Positions 22,171 through 31,139 of a stretch of 32,000 bases of DNA are shown here, piece by piece (position 1 is the first letter of the stretch; each line of letters starts with the position of its first letter). This stretch comes from Erwinia sp. OLFS4. Lineage in GTDB: Bacteria; Pseudomonadota; Gammaproteobacteria; Enterobacterales; Enterobacteriaceae. The position numbers were made by a program, and so were the translations under genes. The notes under the pieces were generated by a model. The model saw only the letters and a list, made by a program, of their open reading frames with translations, ran no database searches and was not told the DNA's origin. The DNA is taken from assembly GCF_002752165.1 (NCBI RefSeq), contig NZ_MOMB01000001.1, forward strand, positions 66,022-98,021, in the 5' to 3' direction.

Positions 22171-23709
22171 ATGCGTCTGCTCATTGATCCATGGATTCCT
22201 GTCCGGCCAGCGGCAGGCGGGGCATCTGAACACATTACCTTGCAGCAGCTGCTGTGCGATCCGCAGCAGCGTTTGCTGAGCCTGCCGCGTGATGATATGG
22301 AACTGGCTGCCAGTCAGTTGCTTATCAGCATTGTGCAGATTCTTTGGCCTCCCGGCGATCTTAACCAGCTGGTTGCGCGTCTTGTTAAACCGCTTTCTCC
22401 GGAAGAGTTTCTGGCGGGCATTGAAGATTACATCGCAGATTTTGACCTTAGCCACCCGCATTATCCGTTTATGCAGGTAAAAGGCGTGATGGCTAAGGAT
22501 GTCACCGGTATGGACAAACTGATGGTGGGATTGACCGGTTCCACCTGTTGTGCCTTCGTTAATCAGCCCGGGCAGGGCGAAGCGCTGTGTGCCGGTTGTA
22601 GCGCCATTGCGCTATTCAATCAGGCCAGTAACGCACCGGGATTTGGTGGCGGTTTCAAAAGTGGTCTGCGCGGCGGTACGCCGATTACGACCCTGGTGCA
22701 GCAGCCCTGCTTACGCACCACCGTCTGGGCAAATGTGCTGACTCAGCAGAACCTTGATAAACACTATCCGCAGTGGCAGACGCAGGATAAACATGACTTT
22801 ACCTGGCGCCAGCCTATAACCAGTAACCAGCAGATATACGCACACCATATTGGCCTGGCGCGCGGACTGTTCTGGCAGCCGGCCCATATTGAACTGCTGG
22901 CGCCGGGGTCCGGCGGAACCTGCAGCGCCTGCGGTGGCGAAGTCACTCAGCGTTATCATGGTTTCCTTAAAGCTAAATTTAACTTTACCGTCACTGATTT
23001 CTGGCTTCACCCACATTCGCCATCGGTTATGCAGAGTAAAAAAGGGCAGACCGAACAGCGATATATTGGTTTTAGCACAGAAGCCCCTTGCTGGACCCAG
23101 ATTGGCCGGCTACTTATCCGTCATCAGTTAGAACAAAAGCAAGAAGGCCGCAGGCCGGCGCTGGTGGTGGAACAGGCGCGCGAGCTGGTGGGGGATGCTA
23201 ACCGGCTGTATTTAAGTATTGGCGGTTACCGCAACAATCAGGCGGCTATTCTGGAGCGACGCCATGAAGTCATGGTGTTTAATCAGGGCTGGGAACGTCA
23301 TCTGAACGTGATTAACGAAATTGTTCAGGCTGGCGACAGCTACCGGCTGGCATTGCGTAAAGCGTTGTATATTTTTGCTGAAGGTATGCGGGAAAAGGGC
23401 ATTAAAGGGGCCGGCGTGGCGGTGCATCTTAAAGCCGAGCCGCGCTATTACCGGCAAACTAATCTTATTATCACACCGCTGCTGGCGACAATAAATTATC
23501 AGCAACCACAGGCGGCACTTAATAAGCTGCACAGGCAGTTGTTTGAACTGTGCCAGCGACTGTTTGATGATGCGACTCTTCCTTATAGCCATCAACCGGA
23601 ATTGATTCTGACGCTGGCGTTTACCCGACGAATTCTGAATAAAAACCTATTCGCTCTGAATGCGCAAGGAGAGCAAACTGATGATGTCATCAAGCAGACA
23701 ATCAATTGA
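22171..23709 (+). CDS. cse1: Cascade large subunit Cse1/CasA (Cas8e)
   Basis: 512 aa, MRLLIDPWIPVRP...LSLPRDDMELAA...FVNQPGQGEALCAGCSAIALFNQA..APGFGGGFKSGLRGGTP, strongly similar to E. coli CasA. GGAGG RBS at 22162-22166. Confidence 0.93.
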   Translation: MRLLIDPWIPVRPAAGGASEHITLQQLLCDPQQRLLSLPRDDMELAASQLLISIVQILWPPGDLNQLVARLVKPLSPEEFLAGIEDYIADFDLSHPHYPFMQVKGVMAKDVTGMDKLMVGLTGSTCCAFVNQPGQGEALCAGCSAIALFNQASNAPGFGGGFKSGLRGGTPITTLVQQPCLRTTVWANVLTQQNLDKHYPQWQTQDKHDFTWRQPITSNQQIYAHHIGLARGLFWQPAHIELLAPGSGGTCSACGGEVTQRYHGFLKAKFNFTVTDFWLHPHSPSVMQSKKGQTEQRYIGFSTEAPCWTQIGRLLIRHQLEQKQEGRRPALVVEQARELVGDANRLYLSIGGYRNNQAAILERRHEVMVFNQGWERHLNVINEIVQAGDSYRLALRKALYIFAEGMREKGIKGAGVAVHLKAEPRYYRQTNLIITPLLATINYQQPQAALNKLHRQLFELCQRLFDDATLPYSHQPELILTLAFTRRILNKNLFALNAQGEQTDDVIKQTIN

Positions 23710-24154
23710 TGCTATGGGGCTGTACCGTGACTGGCTGGCGCTCGATAAGGGTACCAGCGCAAAACTCAGACGGGCAACAACGCCGGAAGCGTTACTCGAC
23801 ATTCCTGCCTTTTACGCGCTGGTTTCACCCTATGGCTGGCCAGAGCAGCGCTACCCGCTATTGCGATGTGTTTTCTGTCTGACATCCGGTGCGATTACGC
23901 ATTGTGATGATGACAGCCTGACGCTCGGGCGGGCGCTGGCCAGAAGTGAGAAAATTAATCTGTCGCGCGTGACGCATTTGATACGTCAGGATTCGCCGCA
24001 GGATATGGTGCAACTACGTCGAATACTTATTCATGCAGAACCCCGGTTGTACTGGCCGTCTCTGGCTGAGCAGCTAACGTGGTGGGGTAAATATGATCGC
24101 CGCACGCTGCTTGAACACTTCGTTCTCTCTTATTCCGCTAATTCCATCAAATAA
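23681..24154 (+). CDS. cse2: Cascade small subunit Cse2/CasB (Cas11e)
   Basis: MMSSSRQSIDAMGLYRDWLALDKG...DIPAFYALV...MVQLRRILIHAEP parallels E. coli CasB (MADEIDAMALYRAW...). AAGGAG at 23666-23671 precedes the ATG at 23681. It overlaps the cse1 3' end by 29 nt. Confidence 0.88.
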   Translation: MMSSSRQSIDAMGLYRDWLALDKGTSAKLRRATTPEALLDIPAFYALVSPYGWPEQRYPLLRCVFCLTSGAITHCDDDSLTLGRALARSEKINLSRVTHLIRQDSPQDMVQLRRILIHAEPRLYWPSLAEQLTWWGKYDRRTLLEHFVLSYSANSIK

Positions 24155-24170
24155 GGTGTAAGGATACTCA

Positions 24171-25271
24171 ATGAATAACTTTATTAATTTCCATGTTCTG
24201 ATTTCTCACAGCCCCTCCTGTCTGAACCGTGATGACATGAATATGCAAAAAGATGCCGTGTTTGGCGGTAAGCGACGGGTGCGTATTTCCAGTCAAAGTC
24301 TGAAGCGGGCGATGCGCAAGGGGGAGTATTACCAGCAGCATATCGGCGAGTCGAGTATCCGCACCATTCATCTTGAATTGCTGCGTGACAAAGTGCATCA
24401 GCATTTCGCAACGCGATACTCCAGCGAAGTGCTCAATACTGCCCTGAGTTTGTTGAGCGGTAAAACTATCGATCAGTCTGCGGCCATTGATGGCGGCGCC
24501 GTCTCTCCCTGGGTGATGGATGAAATTGACTGGTTCTGTCAGCAACTCAGTCATCCGGACAATGCGTCATTGGGCAACGATGAAAAGAAATGGTCAAAAT
24601 TGCTGAAAGAGCAGATTACCGGTCTGCGTTCAGCACTGAATAGCGCAGTGGATATTGCCCTGAGCGGACGTATGGCCACCAGTGGTTTGATGAGCGAACT
24701 GGGGAAAGTGGATGGGGCAATGTCGCTGGCGCACGCCATTACTACCCATGCGGTGGAATCAGATATCGACTGGTTTACTGCGGTAGACGATCTGAACGAT
24801 AAAAGCGGGGCGGCGCATCTGGGCACTCAGGAGTTTTCGGCCGGCGTTTTCTATCGCTATGCCAGCCTGAATATTGCTCAGCTGCAGGAAAACCTCGGTG
24901 GGGCCACGCGTGCGCAGGCGTTAACTATTGCGGCGCATCTCGCGCATATGCTGGCAACCGAAATACCCGGAGCCAAACAGCACAGTTTTGCTGCATTTAA
25001 CCCGGCGGATCTGGTGATGGTTAATTTTTCTGATTTACCGGTGTCGCTGGCAAATGCTTTTGAAAAACCGGTTGTGGCCAAAAAAGAGGGCTTCCTGCAG
25101 CCTTCGATTGAGGCGTTAAATGCGTACTGGGAACGTGTCGCCAGCGGCTATGCTCTCAATGGTCCGGCGGCACAATTTATTTTAGGTGACGACGTGGGTG
25201 CCGGGCAGGTGGTTCAGATGCCGGATCTTAATGCCCTGAAACAGTGGATTGTGAATAATAGCGAGGCATGA
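24171..25271 (+). CDS. cas7: Cascade backbone subunit Cas7e/CasC
   Basis: 366 aa; [49 protein letters not shown] is almost identical to the E. coli CasC N-terminus. Confidence 0.95.
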   Translation: MNNFINFHVLISHSPSCLNRDDMNMQKDAVFGGKRRVRISSQSLKRAMRKGEYYQQHIGESSIRTIHLELLRDKVHQHFATRYSSEVLNTALSLLSGKTIDQSAAIDGGAVSPWVMDEIDWFCQQLSHPDNASLGNDEKKWSKLLKEQITGLRSALNSAVDIALSGRMATSGLMSELGKVDGAMSLAHAITTHAVESDIDWFTAVDDLNDKSGAAHLGTQEFSAGVFYRYASLNIAQLQENLGGATRAQALTIAAHLAHMLATEIPGAKQHSFAAFNPADLVMVNFSDLPVSLANAFEKPVVAKKEGFLQPSIEALNAYWERVASGYALNGPAAQFILGDDVGAGQVVQMPDLNALKQWIVNNSEA

Positions 25272-25272
25272 A

Positions 25273-25938
25273 ATGCAGGATTATCTGGTCTTGCGGCTCA
25301 CAGGCCCGATGCAAGCCTGGGGATTGCCGACATTTGAAGGAACACGGCCTTGTGCGACCTTTCCCGGGCGCAGTGGTTTACTGGGTTTGCTTGCCGCCTG
25401 CCTTGGCATTAAACGTAACGATCGCACCAGGCTAAAAATGCTCGCTGACAGCGTCAGGTTTGCCGTGCGCTGTGACAACCATCTGCCCTATCGGCCCACT
25501 TATCTGACCGACTTTCATACCGTGAAAGATGCCAGAGAAAAGGCCGGGGGCCTGAAAATGAATGACACCATTATCACCCGACGAGAGTATCTTTGTGATG
25601 CCAGCTTTAGCGTGGTGGTCTGGACACCTTCCGGCGAAGGGCAGGGTTTGACGCTGGACGTGTTGACGGCGGCAGTGCAGAAGCCGGTTTACACCCCGTA
25701 TCTCGGGCGGCGTAGTTGCCCGTTGACGCATCCTTTATTTCACTGCGTCATTAACGCTGAAAATCCTGCCTGCGCGCTGGCGTCCGCCATACCAGGTAGT
25801 GGCGTGATTTATAGTGAAGAAGCGATCAGCGGCGATGAACGGCGTTTGCCGGTCCGTGATGAACCCATTTTTCATCTTCCTCGTCAGTTCACCAGCAGAA
25901 CGTGGTTTGTTATTCAGCAGGAGGAAACATGTTTCTGA
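25273..25938 (+). CDS. cas5: Cascade subunit Cas5e/CasD
   Basis: 221 aa, MQDYLVLRLTGPMQAWG.PTFEGTRP...YTPYLGRRSCPLTHPLF, colinear with E. coli CasD. Confidence 0.93.
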   Translation: MQDYLVLRLTGPMQAWGLPTFEGTRPCATFPGRSGLLGLLAACLGIKRNDRTRLKMLADSVRFAVRCDNHLPYRPTYLTDFHTVKDAREKAGGLKMNDTIITRREYLCDASFSVVVWTPSGEGQGLTLDVLTAAVQKPVYTPYLGRRSCPLTHPLFHCVINAENPACALASAIPGSGVIYSEEAISGDERRLPVRDEPIFHLPRQFTSRTWFVIQQEETCF

Positions 25939-26531
25939 GCAAGGTTGCTATTGACTGGCGCTGGGCAAAGGACCCTTATCAGCTGCATCGTGCACTGTGG
26001 CAATTATTTCCTGACCGGCCGACGGCCCAGCGTGACTTTTTGTTTCGGGTGGAAGAGGGCGGTAATAGCCAGCAAGGTATACCGGTTTTATTACAATCGG
26101 TCAGTTCACCACAACAAAGTCAGGCAGCCATTGTGCTGGCAAGTAAATCCATTAACTATGCTTTGCCGCCAGGGGCGCTGCTCAATTTCCGGCTGCGTGC
26201 CAATCCGGTGAAGACAATTAAAGACAGCCAGGGGCGTACCAATCGCCATGGCCAAATAAAAAGTTGTCGCGTACCGTTAGTGACAGAGGAAGAGTGTCTG
26301 GCGTGGCTGGCGCGTAAACTGGCTTCAGCGGCATGCTTGCGCTCGGCCCGTATCATACGCGAACCGGCACTGCGCTTTGATAAAAAAGGCGTGGGTGGAA
26401 AAATTCAGCCGCTGTGTTTTGAAGGTGAGCTGGTGGTAGAGCAGCCGGCAAATTTACATGATCTGATAAGCCAGGGAATTGGTCCCGGCAAAAGTATGGG
26501 CTGTGGTTTACTGTCGCTGGCAAGGGCATAG
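25929..26531 (+). CDS. cas6e: CRISPR RNA endoribonuclease Cas6e/CasE
   Basis: MFLSKVAIDWRWAKDPYQLHRALWQLFPDRP...GIGPGKSMGCGLLSLA parallels E. coli CasE (MYLSKVIIARAW...). AGGAGG at 25917-25922 precedes the ATG at 25929. The track ORF starts 9 codons upstream. Confidence 0.92.
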   Translation: MFLSKVAIDWRWAKDPYQLHRALWQLFPDRPTAQRDFLFRVEEGGNSQQGIPVLLQSVSSPQQSQAAIVLASKSINYALPPGALLNFRLRANPVKTIKDSQGRTNRHGQIKSCRVPLVTEEECLAWLARKLASAACLRSARIIREPALRFDKKGVGGKIQPLCFEGELVVEQPANLHDLISQGIGPGKSMGCGLLSLARA

Positions 26532-26560
26532 CCTGGTAAAAAGGAAAACAGGAGGTTGCT

Positions 26561-27774
<1,214 letters not shown>

Positions 27775-27858
27775 GTTAGCGCTCTTTAACAAACTGAAAA
27801 AATCGGTAGAATAGCAGGGTGATGTAAAACTCTTTATATTCAATGGTATAAGCTAAGA
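27775..27858 (+). promoter_or_regulatory. CRISPR leader (AT-rich, 84 nt) with candidate pre-crRNA promoters
   Basis: It lies between the cas2 stop and repeat 1. Candidate -10 elements are TAGAAT (27807-27812, with TTTAAC 16 nt upstream) and an extended -10, TGgTATAAG (27844-27852). Confidence 0.55.
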
Positions 27859-30694
27859 GTGTTCCCCACATGCGTGGGGATAAACCGCAGTGCCGGGAGG
27901 TTGGACGGGAGCCACGGGAGTGTTCCCCACATGCGTGGGGATAAACCCAGTGCCGGGAGGTTGGACGGGAGCCACGGGACGTGTTCCCCACATGCGTGGG
28001 GATAAACCGGAAATTACCATGAGCACAGTAACCGCTGAAACGTGTTCCCCACATGCGTGGGGATAAACCGCAAAGGGGGGATTTGAAGGGAAAGGGGCAG
28101 AAGTGTTCCCCACATGCGTGGGGATAAACCGATGAACAAGCTACGTTATTTCCGGAGAAAGGTGTGTTCCCCACATGCGTGGGGATAAACCGAATGACCA
28201 TGCATCCACTGAACTGCATACATAGTGTTCCCCACATGCGTGGGGATAAACCGGCGCGGAACGCTGTTACGAAACGGCAGCGTGGGTGTTCCCCACATGC
28301 GTGGGGATAAACCGGTTTTATCCAACGAGGTAAATTTACTGAATAAGTGTTCCCCACATGCGTGGGGATAAACCGCCAATCGAAGAACATTTACACCATC
28401 CATGTATGTGTTCCCCACATGCGTGGGGATAAACCGCTGTATTCAGAGTCGGATCTGGTTCACTTCGCGTGTTCCCCACATGCGTGGGGATAAACCGATT
28501 TTAGAACCCTTTGTGTACCCGGGAACTTGGTGTTCCCCACATGCGTGGGGATAAACCGGGGATGCTGCGCAAGATTGAGGCGCTGCTGGCGTGTTCCCCA
28601 CATGCGTGGGGATAAACCGGTTATTTTCGAGTTTACTGATAGCGAGGCTGAGTGTTCCCCACATGCGTGGGGATAAACCGGCGAGAACGAGGTGATCGCC
28701 GCCCCGCGCGGCGTGTTCCCCACATGCGTGGGGATAAACCGGTGTCCTGACGCCTGAACATTTAATCAAACCCGTGTTCCCCACATGCGTGGGGATAAAC
28801 CGCGCCCGGCACGGGCTTTTACCATGCCGCAGACGTGTTCCCCACATGCGTGGGGATAAACCGCCACGATTACTTTTGACTATGAGCATAAATTAGTGTT
28901 CCCCACATGCGTGGGGATAAACCGCAACGCCGGTTTTCACGTCACGATTAATCAGCGTGTTCCCCACATGCGTGGGGATAAACCGACTGTGGCATATATT
29001 TTGATGCCGCAGCGACCGTGTTCCCCACATGCGTGGGGATAAACCTTGCACTTCCGCCAGGCGTGTCTGCACAATATCGTGTTCCCCACATGCGTGGGGA
29101 TAAACCGTCGATGCGGCGATGGCTTACATGAAAAACTCGGTGTTCCCCACATGCGTGGGGATAAACCGGTGGAAATTGAAAAATGACAACTAAACGCGGC
29201 GTGTTCCCCACATGCGTGGGGATAAACCGATTTTTGCTGATGATTTGCACACTCAATATCTGTGTTCCCCACATGCGTGGGGATAAACCGCGGCCTGCGT
29301 CAATGTGCTGGGCGTAAGGGGTGTGTTCCCCACATGCGTGGGGATAAACCGTATTAACTATGGAATATGCAAAAACACGCAAAGTGTTCCCCACATGCGT
29401 GGGGATAAACCGGCACGATCAACACCGTTAAATCCATTGATGAAGTGTTCCCCACATGCGTGGGGATAAACCGCTACACCATGTTATCAAGTCTGCAGTA
29501 GGTGCGTGTTCCCCACATGCGTGGGGATAAACCGATAATCGGCTAACCAAAATTAATTCAAGGGCTGTGTTCCCCACATGCGTGGGGATAAACCGCGGCT
29601 TGGAGATGACAAATGAACAGCAAACCGGTGTTCCCCACATGCGTGGGGATAAACCGAAAACCACAGTAGACGAACGTACCCCACTCCGGTGTTCCCCACA
29701 TGCGTGGGGATAAACCGTTAACCCACTGATTAAAATGCAAGAAGTAGGCGTGTTCCCCACATGCGTGGGGATAAACCGCGTGAACTCGTGATTGTACTTT
29801 GACAGCGCTGGTGTTCCCCACATGCGTGGGGATAAACCGTATCTCGCTCAGCCAGCAAAACCACAGTAGACGTGTTCCCCACATGCGTGGGGATAAACCG
29901 AAAGCTGTACAGGCCAACTGAGCAGCAGAATGGTGTTCCCCACATGCGTGGGGATAAACCGACCCGAATAAGCTGTTTCCGGGAACAACGTGGGTGTTCC
30001 CCACATGCGTGGGGATAAACCGGGCTGGGTATGGATTTAAAGAGCGCGCCTCCTGTGTTCCCCACATGCGTGGGGATAAACCGCTGTTTACCGAGCAGCA
30101 CCATGGTGCGCACGTGTGTTCCCCACATGCGTGGGGATAAACCGGTTGTGCCTGTGCCGGTAACTGTTGCCGACTGGTGTTCCCCACATGCGTGGGGATA
30201 AACCGCTACGTCAGAGATGATGGGCAACTGATAGCCAGTGTTCCCCACATGCGTGGGGATAAACCGAAAATAATCGGCTATTTTTTCTCCGGCAGCCCGT
30301 GTTCCCCACATGCGTGGGGATAAACCGGTGTAGACCTATTTGCAGCAATATTCGCTCTTGTGTTCCCCACATGCGTGGGGATAAACCTACTTCCGTTTTT
30401 TCGTCCTCATTTGAGGATACGTGTTCCCCACATGCGTGGGGATAAACCGCTTCATTCTGTGTTGCTGAACACTCATAGAGTGTGTTCCCCACATGCGTGG
30501 GGATAAACCGCCCGCAAAACAGTGCGTTTTGTCGGTAACTATGTGTTTCCCATCTGCGCGGAAATAAACCGAAAAAATCCACTAAATCTTTTCTCAACTT
30601 TACGCGCTCCCCACGTACATGGGGATAAACCGTTGGATAATCACCTGCCGTGGTGGTGATGAAAGGCATGTCCTGGTAACGAGGACATAAACCG
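27859..30694 (+). CRISPR. Type I-E CRISPR array: 47 repeats, 46 spacers
   Basis: The repeat GTGTTCCCCACATGCGTGGGGATAAACCG (29 nt; stem CCCCAC/GTGGGG; 3' ATAAACCG handle) recurs every 61 nt from 27859 to 30482 (R1-R44), with 32-nt spacers. R2 ends in C; R20 and R42 end in T. R45 (30543), R46 (30604) and R47 (30666-30694) are progressively degenerate, and the last spacer is 33 nt. Orientation and leader position match E. coli I-E. Confidence 0.98.
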
Positions 30695-30742
30695 CTAACT
30701 GATTTTGAAAAATAGCCGCGCTGAGGTTGTTGCCTGACTTGT

Positions 30743-30814
30743 GGCGATCAATCAGGGCGGAAATATACTGCTGATAACCATGACGCTGCAATGACGAAAT
30801 AATCTGTTGTCAGA
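30743..30814 (+). repeat. Right copy of the diverged direct repeat flanking the cas-CRISPR island (partner 19226-19289)
   Basis: It contains the same ordered blocks as the left copy: GGCGATCA (30743-30750), CTGATAA, GACG and AAATAATCTG+TTGTCAGA (30797-30814). Relative to the left copy it lacks the 10-nt CTCACATGTT between the last two blocks. Confidence 0.5.
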
Positions 30815-30854
30815 GGACGTCAGGGAAAATAGCGTATTGTGTTTGAGCTTGCGA

Positions 30855-30886
30855 AAAAACACCTGGTGATATTATCGCGGTGTTCG
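30855..30886 (-). terminator. Orphan intrinsic-terminator-like hairpin on the minus strand
   Basis: The minus strand reads AACACC-GCGATAATATCACCA-GGTGTT followed by TTTT. This is a 6-bp stem with a possible inner GAT/ATC pairing and a U-run. No annotated minus-strand gene ends here. Confidence 0.35.
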
Positions 30887-31139
30887 TCTGGCAATATGGC
30901 CGGGCAATTAAATCTATTTCCGGTCAGCAGTGATTTTATTGTCCGGGTGGCGTCTGAGCGGTTTTCCCTGGGGTTGGCTGTTTGAGTACTTTGTCACAAG
31001 GTCAGTTTTTTCTGCCTGCATAACCGGGGATGATGGTAACGAGTTAACGTTCATTCGTAAGCTGTACTTAAGTGTTGTGATGACTGTGCAGTAGTACTGG
31101 TGTTGACTTTTTAATGCATAAGAATTAACTGGAGTAAGA

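Noticed and set aside
29535-30298. Spacers 28 and 40 share the 11-mer ATAATCGGCTA. Spacers 20 and 42 share ACTTCCG. Spacers 16 and 19 share ATGCCGCAG.
   Set aside because: Matches of 7-11 nt among 46 spacers are within or near chance expectation, and the flanks diverge immediately. This differs from the 15-nt end-to-end overlap of spacers 30 and 33.
27776-30669. A series of long minus-strand ORFs (204, 148, 148, 209, 193 and 152 aa among others) with recurring peptides FIPTHVGNT, VYPHACGEH and GLSPRMWGT. They look like a family of repeat proteins.
   Set aside because: They are the reverse-complement translation of the 29-nt CRISPR repeat in its three phases, because the 61-nt period rotates the frame by one each unit. 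The variable parts are spacers. No RBS or independent coding signal supports them.
30600-30791. A 63-aa minus-strand ORF spans the degenerate end of the array.
   Set aside because: Half of it is translated degenerate repeat and spacer sequence. It has no RBS and no recognisable domain, so it is most likely spurious.
30788-30816. A possible further decayed repeat two periods past R47.
   Set aside because: Only 10 of 29 matches to the consensus, which is indistinguishable from random expectation.
30896-30985. A 29-codon plus-strand ORF (MAGQLNLFPVSSDFIVRVASERFSLGLAV) lies between the array and esaR. Its start context loosely resembles the cas3 start.
   Set aside because: It has no Shine-Dalgarno and no similarity to Cas3 beyond the first few nucleotides, and it is too short to support.
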